This document shows positions 46,501-58,212 of a DNA stretch of 64,000 nt, one piece after another. Position numbers and translations under genes: made by a program. This DNA is from Asterias rubens (taxonomy: Eukaryota). How positions within the stretch are numbered: position 1 is the stretch's first letter; each line of letters begins with the position of its first letter. The notes beneath the pieces are model-generated. The model did no database searches and was not told the origin of the DNA. It saw nothing but the letters and a program-made list of their open reading frames with translations. The stretch spans positions 3,348,001 to 3,412,000 of the forward strand of contig NC_047077.1 in assembly GCF_902459465.1 (NCBI RefSeq), written 5' to 3'.

Positions 46501-49500
46501 AGCATGTTAGTTGTGTTTGTTCAGGTACTTCCCTACACCCATAACCTCATTTGGCTGGATGCTACATAGATTGTGAAATCATAAAGTTCTCACCATGCAA
46601 ACTTGAAAGTGAAGATATAGGCATTGTTATCTTTGTTGAAAAGTAGGTCAAGTCATACAAACTGGTTGCATACATCTCCAGGATTGAACTAACCCAATTT
46701 TGATATCTTACAAAAGTTTAAATCAAATAAATGACACGTTTGGTTTGGTTACTAGGGCACCAACCAAACTTCATTATATTTGTGTGAAATGGCATTAATA
46801 AATAACAAACAAAAAGAGCCAACAATAGTTTGTTGACTTTTCATATAATGAGGCTCGTTCGTACAGGGATGTAAAATGCTGGCATATTCACTCAGGCATT
46901 ACGGCAAACTTTGTATTCAAATTTGCTGGAAGAACAGCTGGTTTATCATTCACAGTTTCTTCATCAGCTCTCAGGTGAAACTTCTCTATGCTAGGCTTGC
47001 TATCCACTGAAGTGAGACTTACGCAGTCCGCTGACTGGGGTGAAACACATGTCATACCACACCAGGGATTTATGAACAAATAAATATATGAAAGGTTAGA
47101 TGTAGAAAACATGTCAAACAAATTAGTTTAGTCGAGTTCACTATATTTTTAACACTATTTTATATTGCCTTGCTACAAAGTGAGTGATGGCAAATGTTGG
47201 TGTATGCCAGTGGTTACACATTTCCCTGGGAAGGAAAGTGTGCGGGAGTAGACAGGCATTGTACATACACAATATTGAAAGGCACTTTCTCTCACTTTGC
47301 ATTTATATTGAGAGAGTGACAATACGGCCACCCAGTGGCTTCTGTTTATTACACTTCAAGGCACTCCAGGCAGCCTCCATGAGTCATATGAAAGACCTGA
47401 TTTCTGTCTTTAAAGACTAGAAATCCCCTAAATCTAATGAGAACCAGTTTTATGGTAATTCACTAGTACATTACTGTACATGTACATTAGCAGAGCCATC
47501 CAAGATGGTTGATTAAAACCATACCACCGGGGCCCAATTTCATGGCTCTGCTTACCGTTAGCAAAGAACTGGTCAGCAGGGAATATTTCAGCTTGTGCGC
47601 GTGCGTGCTCCACGTTACTTGGTATGCTTACACAGCTAGCACAGAAATTTTGCGCTTGCCTTGCCATGTAAGCATAGAGCAAGGACCAGTGTAAGTAAGC
47701 AAAGAATGGTGATCATATTAGTGCAGAATTAGGTGGTAAGCAGAGCCATAAAATTAAGCCCTGTATGCAGCAATATGCCGAGTACAATAAGCTCTACAAC
47801 ACACTACATTACACATGGTCTAAGCTAACCAGCATTTTCATTATATCCACAGTATAGTGTTGGTTATATTCAATTTATTCAAGGACATCGTGTATAAAAA
47901 TGTGGTACATCATGCATGTGTGAGCATAAAGCCTGTAAATAATCATCCTGGTTGGGTTCATGGCACCAGGCTGACTGCTAGACTGCATAGCGCAAGGCCA
48001 TGATGCTCTGGCATGGATCATTTTAACCACTGTATTTTCCTGCATCAATATAAGAAGTTGCTTTTATCTGACTGCAGCTTAGTTAACAAAACAGTGCGCT
48101 TGAGATCCTTAAATGATGGTCACTGTACTGTACAATTGTACGAAATTTAACAACCAAATAATCGCATGTTCATCCAGGGTACTCCTACAAGTTATTACAT
48201 GAACTTTATTTCAATAATTCCTACATATTACATTATGTAGTTTTTAGTGCAAGCTATGAATGAATGAGGAAACTACGAAATGGAAATGATGGGAACCATG
48301 TGCAGGCTAACATAAAGGTCATTGTGGGGTATTTTTACACAATTGAATAATGGACCTCACCAAAGGTTCAACTTGTACCCCACAGAGGAATTATTTATAA
48401 AGGGGAATAACAGACCCACAAATCAGATCCTTAAGGTTGGTTGTGTGTGCGCGCTTGCGTTTAAGCATTGTGTTAAAACAAAAATGCCATGAAGCGATGT
48501 CTTCAGAAAAAAAATTAATGGAAAATAAAAGAAGCGATGTTTTACTTAAAACTTCCAGATCTCTTCATGTTAAATTTTAAGTGTCTTGTATCAACACAAT
48601 GAACCAAGTTTGGCGACACAATGACACCGAGTGGCGCCTTGGTGGGCCTCTGTGGGTATACTTTGACACTTGAATCTTGTTTTGGGTGTTTTGGGAGTAC
48701 TGGGCCTAATACACTGAGTACCGAGTAATACCTAGTGCCCTTGTCTTTTCAAAAATGAAGCATAGGCCCCTGTAGGCCTGAATATGGAAATACACATTAT
48801 TACTAACAACCTGAGTTCAGCCAAGCTCAAATACATGTGAAAAATGCCTGCTTCTTTTTATGACAAAGGTTACATATTTTCTAAGGATATGTGTGAGTTC
48901 TGTTTTGAATGTGTGACTGGGTGAACATCTATGAGATTTCCTTCATGTAGAATAAATTAGATACTCAGTGTGTGTAAACATATGCTGATGGTATTGTATC
49001 AACCAAACCATTGTTAAAGTGGGAGGCATTACAAAGAAAAATGTCACACCATGATTCTAAGATTTAGTTGGTTCTGTAAGACCCCAAGCTGCGAATCCTT
49101 GAGCGGGTCAATGGTAGGGATTTGATTGTGAAAGGTGTGGGTTGACTCAATCTTTGTAACTGGTAAGCTTATATTCCAAGTGCCCTTGGTAATATAAGCC
49201 TTATATCACGATTGGTTGAAGCATGGTTAAAAGGTGGGTAAAAAACTTACTTGGTAAGTACGTGTACATGTATCACAGCAGCTGGATCTTGTTTATATTC
49301 CAAGTGTCTTTGGTACTATAATTATTATATCATGACTGGTTAAAGGGAGGCTTTACATGTACCTTATTAATGACAAGACTATGGTAGTAGCACTGCAGCT
49401 GATGATAATCTAGAACATTTTTAGGAGCAATTTCCTTCAATAATAAGGAATGTGGTTTTAGAGAAAGGGATTCGTAAACACTTGAATCTGAGAAACAATT

Positions 49501-52500
49501 CTGCATGAACTGATTCTCCAAAGACTTTTCATTCTTCCTGTATGGACATAACCGCTCCAGATATTCGGCGATATCTCAAAAACGCTACCACCATTTGACA
49601 TGAAATTTTCACAGGTTAGTTTTATTGTAGATCATTTAGGCCCCCTATATAGAAACAATTGAAAAGTTCCCAAATCCAATTTGCATATAAAGGGAAGGTA
49701 CAGTGAAGGAGGGACTGGTACAACATTGATTGGTTTAGGAAGAAACTATAGTTAAATAGTAAACTTGCGTACAACCATGTGTAAATTTCTTTTGAGTGAG
49801 TGTTGGCACTGAGAAGAGCCTATTTGGTCTTGACGTTTGGAACAATATATTCGTCTCCAGGAGAATGTTTTCAGTATACTCTGCTCGTCTTCAGGAGAAA
49901 CGGAAAACATTCTCCTGAAGACGAAATTGTTCCAAACGTTGAGACCAAACCGGCCCTTCTCTGAACCAACACCCACTCAAAAGAGATTTACACATGGTTG
50001 TACTCGCAAGTTAACTATTTATTTATTTAATTCCTTCCTATTTCTCCACATCATGCAAAGCTTCAAACAATTGATTGGTTTGAGAGATACAGGCAGTATC
50101 GATGGTGAGACTACACATATAGTGATACCACTGTGAAACTGTAACTCAGTAGTCAAGTTGAGTTTGCAGGTTTCTACCTCCATGGTCCCAATGACATTAT
50201 GTGGCCTCATTAGACAGCTGACCATACCAATCCCATGGAAGGCCATCACCCCTAGATGAGCAGTTGGGCCTGCGAGGGTACTCTATGGGGTTCTAGTCTA
50301 TCATCAATAGTAACTAGTACAAGGTCCCTCTCTACTAATTCACCATGATGATGTGTACTTCATTTGTAGAATGCCCAAGAAAATAAACAAATGGTTCTGG
50401 TTCAATGACAGCTACTGTAATTTTTGGAGTAATTAACCTTGGCTAAAACATTAACTTTTCACACTTTTGAAAACAACAAAAATTGCAGATAATGGGTGGT
50501 ATTGTTTTCAAACAACCATTATTTCTCACTCTCAGCAAATACATGGATAGAAACACAGGCCTGTATGCTTTGTTTTTGAAAGGGCAAGGGCACCACCTTC
50601 GGCATTTGCTCCTAAGTAAAGGGCACCCTACAATGTAGAGGATATTGTAAATTTCTACTGGAGCATTTATAGGGCACCAAGGCAATTACCTTGCAATCAC
50701 CTTTGTTGCCTCTGTGAAGTATCAGACCTGAAAACACAGCACCAGTTAAAAAGGTGGTTTAGGATAAAAACTTAGCACTGTTGATTTTATAGTGCATTGT
50801 ACATCAAATTATGAATCTTACTAAAGATTATTTTTTGGTCGCTAATTGTCTTTCCGTTGCTTATTTAGTGACAACATTTAATTGTGAATATGATCCCCCG
50901 TATTGATACTACCACTAGCTCTATGATACTATCTACCTCTCTGAAGCTACCTGCATTCAATATACAAAGTTACCATTCACTAGTCCCTGTGGCGCCTTAC
51001 TTTACAATGAAACAAGATCCCAACAAGCCACCATGGAGCCCCTAAGAAAAACATTATCATGATTATATTTTCAACAGGGATGTAACTAGACCCGGTTGAA
51101 GTGGAAATCAAATCTGCTGCAACTAGTTTGAAGGCACCACCATTGAAAACAATGAAATATATGGCTCAAAAGCATATTTTGAAAAACAACATGTAACCAA
51201 AACAGGTTGATAAGGATGTATATGCACAAACCAGACTTCCATCAAAATGTCATTTTATAAAGAGCAAAAAAAATATTTAATGCTAACTGTATTTCTTCAT
51301 CTATTGTCCCATGTTTAATTTTACGTTATTCTATTATTATTACAAAAAGAAGTCTTGGTGTATATAAAGGTGCACATCCACAATCATGGGTAGACTTCTC
51401 GTTACAAAGACACCAAATGAAGAACAGATAAATACTGAGTAACTATTTGCAGATCTTGTATTCAACAAACTCAAGCACTTTTCAGGCATGATACTTCACG
51501 GAGGCAACAAAGGCGATTGCCTCAATGCCCCCCCCCCATGTCAATTCCTTCAAGCCCTTGAAAGGCTCCCCTTGAAATTTACAATTTTATTCATAGGGTG
51601 CCCTTTACCATAGGGAGAAAATTTGGTGCCTTTGCCCTTTCAAAAACAAAGCATACTGGGCTGCTTTTTATTCATCTTTGCATAACAATTCTAAATTATA
51701 TAAATTACAATGAGATAACTGTTACATCAGTGGTTTTAAAACTGATCATGTAAAATGGATTTTTGGGGTTGAACAAAGAATTGACTATGGTAGAGCGCCG
51801 GCACGTTAATCCGGAGGTCGTTGGTTCAAATCCCACTCTAGTCAATTCTTTGTTCAACCCCAAAAATCATTTCAAAATTTACCCAGTCAGTTTCCCTTGT
51901 GGTTTATATTAATATCTGAAAAAAAAGCATCCCCTTAAGGTGATCCCCTGGCTGCCGCTTCCCAGGTTGTATCGTAATTTGGGTGTGATCCCTGGCTACA
52001 CGGCAGCTAATGGTTGTATGCCATCTGACTGGCACCCCCAAACAAAGATATTGACAGAATAGGGACACGCCATATAGGGCTAGATAAGCTCAGTTGGTAG
52101 AGCGCCGGCACGTTAATCCGAGATCGTTGGTTCAAATCCCACTCTAGTCAATTCTTTGTTCAACCCAAAAAACCATTTCAAAATTTACCCAGTTAGTTCC
52201 CTTGTGGTTTATATTGACATATAAAATGGACACGGAATAAGTGTGTAGCCATGATTATGGCAGTGCACCAATGCAAAGAGCTTAAGTTCATTGTGGTCAT
52301 GTAGCTGTTTTGGGCAGAGTGAATCACTGCAGTGATTTCCTGCCGTAACTCCTTTCGCCCCAATATATCTCTGCTGACACTCTGGTTCCTTTCTATCTTT
52401 CATACAATCCATTCTATCCTCAAACTTTATTATCCCAAGCGGAATATATTCCCCCTTTTTACTGCATGAGTTGCGCATCCAAAAGACAAGTAGAAAATGA

Positions 52501-54054
52501 AAGGAAATTAGATTGACAGCCAGGATTTGCAGTAGAGTTATTCAGCTGTAACTAAGTTATCTAACCAGTATTCTCATTGTGCCACAAACCGGCTTTGTGA
52601 TACTGTAGCAAGGCATAGCAAGACCCTCTCATACTTTGAGCCCTTTTGTAAAAGTTAAGTGTCTAAAAAAGAAAGGACCCTGGATTCAGCATTCTCAACT
52701 CAACTGCAGCACCCCTCCACAGTGCTCTGCCCTTGGCAGAGAGACTGACTGGCAATTTAGAGGCCAAATATTTCCCCTCTAATTACGTTAAGGATCTCTA
52801 AATTGAGTCACAGCGTTGTAATTTACTTACGTACTCTGTGAATTTATAGCATGTTTGTCTGGGCTTGAGGGCAACGTAATCTCCACATTCATATTTCTGA
52901 GGAAACGTTCCCAAAATGTGTCAACCCTTTTCAATTTAAATGACGTACATTGCTTTAATCTTATGCCAACTTTAAAAGGACAGTGTAGGTACAGTTTCTG
53001 AAGTAACGTAACTCATAGACAACTGTTACCTCAGATAATCGCTCACTTTCAGACGTCATTTCTTCCAGTTGAAATATTTGAAAAGACCGACTCCCACTTC
53101 CAAACTTCAGGTTTTATCTCTCTGATATATCACAGTAGCACACATTAAGAGCCCTACCATCAGTCCATAGGAGTCAAGATGTCTCCTATGAATAGCTGTT
53201 ACAGTTTTAGAGGAATTACAAACTTAACATCTTAACTGAACAGTTGTAGAACTATCATTACAAATTATATTCCTTTAAGTGGCTACTTCACTTCTTTTCA
53301 TCCTTTGGATGGGACGTAAAGCCATTAGTCACATTTGCTGTGTAACTCACGCAAAAGATCCCAGTGCACTTATCGAAAATAGAAGGGGTTCGCCCCGGTG
53401 TTCCTGGTTTGATTGGCAGCATATTGCAACACAGCAATATGTAAAAGGAGTAGGTCTCATAATAATTCAAACGTAGTCCCACATACCTTCCAGGAAATAC
53501 TGTATGTTAAAGCATCTTGAGCGTCACTGGGCGAACAGATATGCGCGCTTTATAAGAAGCCACTATTATTCTTCTTCTTCTCTAATTTAGGAAAACAGAA
53601 AATCAGCAAAGAGGAAGAAGTCTGAGAGCCGAATCCACTGGTATGCAGTTTATCATGTATGTACCTTTATCATGGTGCAGCCATCTTGAATTTCTCCAGA
53701 GTGATATCAATGTTACCAAACCGAGGCTGGAAGAACAAACTAGTCTGGTTCCGAATTGCAAGATGACTATAAGCATGCATTATTGTTATTCGATACAAGA
53801 ACATGACCAAAATGGAGGCAGCATGATAAAGTTATATCAAAGCTCATATTCGACACTTATACTAATCAAAGAAGTGGTTCAATATTACATGTAGAAGGCT
53901 TTATTACTGTACCTGAAGTGCGTATATGTACTGGCGTCCCTTCTGTGGCACCAGACCCTTGCTCTCCCAGCTCTCCTGGTGCATCTGTAACATAATCCTC
54001 ATCATCTATAACCCCACTACCCTCAGCAAACACCAGATCGGGGTCTCCTTGTGC
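40423..54054 (-). CDS. SDC: Syndecan (transmembrane heparan-sulfate proteoglycan core protein) with SEA-like module; 5' signal-peptide exon not located
   Basis: Join (minus): 53913-54054, [47023-47034], 44297-44436, 43128-43368, 42664-42716, 41987-42218, 40423-40589 = 987 nt including stop, all phases compatible. It ends with a TM segment then YRVKKKDEGSY (C1) ... KEFYA* (C2 PDZ motif), the syndecan hallmark. EGSG and QGSG Ser-Gly sites lie in an acidic N-terminal region. Confidence 0.93.
41987..42218 (-). CDS. SDC: Syndecan juxtamembrane ectodomain exon
   Basis: KSNPTPD...VLGSPVLLA, G|GTGAGT donor phase 1 joins the TM exon. Confidence 0.9.
42664..42716 (-). CDS. SDC: Syndecan small linker exon (AVDVSTVKPTKKPGKPN)
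   Basis: Phase 1 to 0, exactly bridges its neighbours; GTAAGT donor. Confidence 0.85.
42870..43081 (+). mobile_element. 3' half of MITE family A, fused to a GGGCAC-family fragment (42798-42870)
   Basis: Right TIR plus TTAA only. Confidence 0.65.
43128..43368 (-). CDS. SDC: Syndecan exon, C-terminal half of SEA-like module (DGSLVVTTEITF)
   Basis: Phase 0 to 1; ctcttacttag acceptor. Confidence 0.85.
43674..44062. repeat. Family D tRNA-like repeat, head-to-head inverted pair
   Basis: Minus copy 43674-43825, shared 140-bp core, plus tRNA-like module 43966-44038. Confidence 0.75.
44297..44436 (-). CDS. SDC: Syndecan exon, N-terminal half of SEA-like module (KFDNTIRINKI...F.P...DPKS)
   Basis: Phase 1 to 0; ttgttgtcatttcag acceptor, GTAAGT donor. 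Confidence 0.85.
44589..45089. mobile_element. Palindromic element plus adjacent TIR-bounded segment
   Basis: About 60-bp arms 44589-44657 / 44704-44762; CATTCATAAATACCTT (44762) and AAGGTATTTATGAATG (45089). Confidence 0.6.
45140..45292 (+). repeat. Minisatellite, about 21-bp unit
   Basis: Repeats of (G/T)ATTAAACTAGGTT(T/G)AATCAGG. Confidence 0.7.
47023..47034 (-). CDS. SDC: Candidate 12-nt syndecan microexon (V-S-G-L-R)
   Basis: tttcaccccag|TCAGCGGACTGC|gtaagt, frame-preserving phase 1 to 1. Confidence 0.5.
47529..47761. mobile_element. MITE with GGG(G)CCCAATTTCAT termini (Harbinger-like end sequence)
   Basis: About 27-bp TIR: GGGCCCAATTTCATGGCTCTGCTTACC / GGTAAGCAGAGCCATAAAATTAAGCCC; relatives near 1300 and 59416. 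Confidence 0.65.
49745..50030. mobile_element. Palindromic Penelope-like end with damaged hammerhead motifs in both arms
   Basis: About 125-bp inverted arms (49745-49872 and about 49903-50030) around a third partial motif. Confidence 0.65.
50556..50730 (+). mobile_element. GGGCAC-rich MITE with CAGGCCTG ends
   Basis: Other copies at about 51480-51662 (-) and 54180-54355 (+); fragments at 42798, 45830 and 61283. Confidence 0.65.
51758..52215 (+). repeat. Family D tRNA-like repeat, tandem copies preceded by a perfect 30-bp inverted repeat
   Basis: IR arms 51758-51787 and 51839-51868; about 290-bp period; related copy at 13050-13215. Confidence 0.75.
53290..53575 (+). mobile_element. 5'-truncated DeuSINE-like element
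   Basis: TTGGATGGGACGTAAAGCC...AAAAGATCCCAGTGCACTTATCGAA...GGGGTTCGCCCCGGTGTTCCTGG resembles the Deu domain of AmnSINE1 as recalled; GCGCTTTATAAGA and TATTATT tail. Confidence 0.65.
53913..54054 (-). CDS. SDC: Syndecan GAG-attachment exon (AQGDPDLVFAEGSGVIDDEDY...EQGSG)
   Basis: ttttgctttttgcag acceptor, CAG|GTACAG donor; Ser-Gly flanked by acidic residues. Confidence 0.85.
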
Positions 54055-54861
54055 CTGCAAAAAGCAAAACAAAAGTAGAACAAATTATGTTAAAGGCTAG
54101 TATGTACATCTTTGGTTTAGGGAATTTAACAAAATAAACAACCTTTGAAAATTTCATCAAACTATGCAGCTATAAATTTAGGCCTGTATACTTCGTTTTA
54201 TAAAGGGCAAGGGCACCAAGGTATTTTCTCCTTGGTAATAGTCACCCTATGAGGAAATTGTAAATTTCTACTGGAGCCTTTCAAGGGCACCAATGCAAAG
54301 ACCAGGGGGGCATACAGGCAAATTGCCTTTGTTGCCTACGTGAAGTATCATACCTTCAAAAACAAAAACTTTGTTATTCATAAAACAAAGCTTAAAATTG
54401 TATTGGAATATATTTCTGATTAGCCCTTTTCACTCTGAGCTAACAAATATTGTGTTGGCCTCTTTCCTCTTCCCGATCCATCCTGGCTGGAGAAGGATTT
54501 CGAGTAGACGCCAAAAACCAAAGCAGTGTACAGGGAACTGTAGTGTAATATTTATTTCTATGTATGTGTGGTATTGATTTAGACTGTGGTGAACAGACAT
54601 CCCAAGGCAAAACATGCAGTTAGTCTACTCTAAGAACAACAAACAAGTTCAATCTCAAGAATGTATACACATTGCCAAGAGTTTTACATCAAGATGGCTA
54701 ATGCTGCAAGCAATATGGATTGGACATCATCGGGCTACGTGTAACTTATCAATCAAAAGAGAGAGGAGGTTTCCCACCCCTGATTAAATATAAAACAAAC
54801 AATACAAATCCACAAAACTTGGGTGGTTTCATTTAATATTTTTTTAAAGTTTATCCAATAT

Positions 54862-54930
54862 AAAACAAACAAACAAACAAACAAACAAACAAACAAACAA
54901 ACAAACAAACAAACAAACACACAAACAAAC
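54862..54930 (+). repeat. (AAAC)n microsatellite between duplicated 40-bp flanks
   Basis: Direct reading of the sequence. Confidence 0.9.
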
Positions 54931-55790
54931 AATACAAATCCAAACAACTTGGGTGGTTTCATTCCATAAATATTTCAATTTTATCCAAATATTTGATGGG
55001 ATCCACACAACATCAACGTTTGTTGTACAATCTGGAGTGTGTATGTGATGTTTGATATTGACACAAACTCATTTATTTATTCAGTCAGACTCTCAAACTA
55101 GAAAACAATTACATGCCTTGAACATTTGTTTCAGTTCAAGAAAAACAACAAAAATCATTGATATTTTGCAGTGTTGCTTCTTCCTGTAATCTTTTAATTG
55201 CTTGTAGTTGTAATCGGTTTTCTGTTTGTTTAATTGTACTTTATTGTCTTGGTTGTACTTGTTTTGCATTTAAAATGTTTTCTTGTTTATTTTTGTGCGG
55301 ATGGATTAAGCATTAGTGGAAACATCTTTCATACTCGGCTGAATGATCAGCATAAATAAGTAAATAAAGTAAATAAATAACCATGTATTACAAATTGTAC
55401 GAAAAGATTTCAAGAAAATGTGTTGAATTGCCAACCCTTTCACTTTCTCTGTTTTTTTATGCGAGACTAAGTCGGGCATAAAACAAATGTAGTACTACTT
55501 AACAACACGGTTGATTTGTGGTATAGGCAATCAAAACTAGCAATTGACGGCTCTTTGAACAAGGCCTTTCATTTAAGGGAGACTGAGGTTAGCTCAGCAC
55601 GGCTCTACAAACACTTCAATACACATTAATGATTCCAACATCACAAACATGCATTATGCTACACTGAGAGTTGTGTTCACATTAATAAGTAGTTCCAGTG
55701 CTCATTTGGAATGTTAAGTTCACAGTCGCACATTAAGTGCTCTGTACACAACGTTAAGAACATTGATTGCGTGCAGACATCACGCAACAG

Positions 55791-56138
55791 TTAAAGGCAT
55801 GGACACTATTAATAATTACTCAAAATAATTGTTAGCATAAAAACTTACTTAGTACGAGCTATGGATAGCTGTTGATTGTGAGAATCGGCTCCCTCTGAAG
55901 TACCAAAGTTTTTAAGAAAGAGATAATTTCTCACTCAAATAACACAATACTTCAGCTGAAGCATTTATTATGCATATAAAAGCTCACAAAGAAATGCAAC
56001 AAGGGTGTTTTTTCATTCATTATTCTCTTGCAAATTGAGCCCAATCTTTCACAGGTTTGTTATTTTATGCATGTTGGGATACACCAAGTGAACATACTAG
56101 TCTTTGCCAATTTTACCAAACGTGTCCAGTGCCTTTTA
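55791..56138 (+). mobile_element. Diverged MITE family A
   Basis: TTAAAGGCATGGACAC ... GTGTCCAGTGCCTTT. Confidence 0.7.
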
Positions 56139-57495
56139 GAAGAGTCTTGGTTGTATGTCTTTCTGTATTGACATTAACACATCCAATATTTATTAACCTC
56201 ACGTAATTGTAGGCATGCATCTCATCAATCAAAGTGAAGGGAATATGTATGCGTTGGTGAATATATATTGGATTCTCCTTAGAATTAAACATACATCGTG
56301 GAATCACGACTTATTAACAAACCATCTAAAATATGCAACGTATTGAACTTGTAATATTACTGTCGCTGTATGCCCACTGTATACATATTTTATTCTAAAT
56401 TATTCATTGTCATCTGGTAGACCTCAAATCCCTTTACAATTTTCATGAGATTAATTTTTCATTCGTTTTCTAGAAAAAATACAAATATTATGGTTGGTTT
56501 GTTGTAGGGAATTATATTTATTTTTTGACGAAAATTGCTCCTGAGTGATGTAAAAAAAAAAAAAAAAAAAAAGAAGAAGAAGAATCAGAAGCTGCACAAC
56601 TGCAACTAATCAATATTGAGTACAAACACAAATATAAACCTACATACGTAACAAAAGTACATTTGACAACATTTGACTACGAGACAAATTTGTTCTAAGC
56701 AATCAATGCAAAGCGCTTCTTGAAGAACACAATTTCAGATTTCCCTGTGGATTTGTGACTTTTTCTTTTGATTAAACACACTTGTCAGTTTTTGATACAC
56801 CGACACAAAAAATATTGTAAAATTTTCCTTGGCAGTTCTCAAAACAATGTTTTAAATTTGTTTAAACCCTAGTACCCAGTGGATGGGGTCCCCAATGTAT
56901 TGTCCCCAGCTTACACAGAACTGCTGTATAAATAAACCACGCAGCACCACATAGATATTAAACACATGGAAACGAACGCCTGCAGTTCTACATAAATTCT
57001 CTCCCATGCCCTTATTCCCACCCTTTCACATAATCACAAATTCCCAAGTGCCTACAACAGCACCAAAACCCTTGGCATTCAGAAAGTCCTTTATAGTCCA
57101 CTCTACTGTACTCTCTCTCCCCCCCCCCCCCTTGTTCTATTCTCCTTTTTCCTTCAGACTCTGAATTCACGACCCTTCGTGACATCCATTCTCTTTATGT
57201 CATGCAGGATTGGAGCACTCAATAAGCCTTCTCGCCTGCAGGGGTATCAGATTATAACATACGCCGGGACTGCCTGCCCCAGCCATCCAACCAGACTGCC
57301 AGCAGATTTTTCAGCGCACCTGGAAAAGGGCCCCAAATAATGAACATTTTCTAAGGCAGTATTTCAGATGTTTTCCTGATGGTTTCAGGTTTCAGACAAA
57401 TTTCTTTCTCAGGAACGTGCAGAGGTTGGAATTAATACCTGACTACTTACCAGCACTTGTAGCAATGCAAGAGACGCAGGGGGAGTTCAGGGAGG

Positions 57496-57810
57496 TGGGG
57501 GGAACCATAGAGTTATATATAAGAACTAGAGGGCGCACTGGCCTATATACGCGCCCCGGCATGCGCGCAGGCGGCCATTTTCTGAGTTGACAAAACAGCC
57601 ATCTCACAGCGTGTGTTTGTGCGGCCATTTTGTAAGTTGAACAAACAGGATCGCGTGAGCATTCAATAAAAAAAAAACTCAAACGTGTATTTCATATTCA
57701 ACGCCCGTACAGAATGGCGCGCTTGTCATCTTGCGGTCCCATCGCGTTTGCGCAAGCAGCATCACCAGTGCGCCCTCTAGTTCTTATATTTAACTCTATG
57801 GGGGACACTT
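57496..57810. mobile_element. MITE with 37-bp TIR
   Basis: CCATAGAGTTA(T/A)ATATAAGAACTAGAGGGCGCACTGG at both ends, one mismatch. Confidence 0.8.
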
Positions 57811-58134
57811 CCCATACCTTAGTGCCCCATTATTACAATTGTTTAAAGTCGGTCCAGCTCTTTTTTCAAACAATTATGTCTTGCAAGATCCATCAGTCTT
57901 CATTGACCCCTTGCACAACGAGCAGCACACTTACATTGTGTACACGCGCATATCATGTCTGCCTGTTTGGTAGTCAATATACACAAAGGAATTGAGACCA
58001 AATGGTGGAACGATAGACGCACATTTTACAGAGTCTGCAAGGGAGTCAGTAATGTTCAACATGCATGTGTACCGGCTCCACATTGGGTCTCAAAATTCAT
58101 CATTGCAATAACCTATCTTTCTGAAAGTTTGTAT

Positions 58135-58212
58135 ATACTCAGCGCCTTGAGTACCTTGTTGGGTAGATACGTGCGCTATATAAGACTTCGATGATATTAT
58201 TATTATTATTAT
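58135..58212 (+). mobile_element. Retroposon 3' tail
   Basis: AGCGCCTTGAG...GCGCTATATAAGA followed by (ATT)n. Confidence 0.5.

Noticed and set aside
54430-54530. Exon-like frame SLYTALVFGVYS...QDGSG near the syndecan GAG exon
   Set aside because: No ATG and no phase-0 donor to join the 54054 acceptor.
57448-57500. Segment ending CTG|GTAAGT that would read ASLALLQVL-AQG as a signal-peptide end
   Set aside because: An in-frame TGA lies directly upstream, the ATG frame is phase 1, and the segment abuts a MITE TIR.
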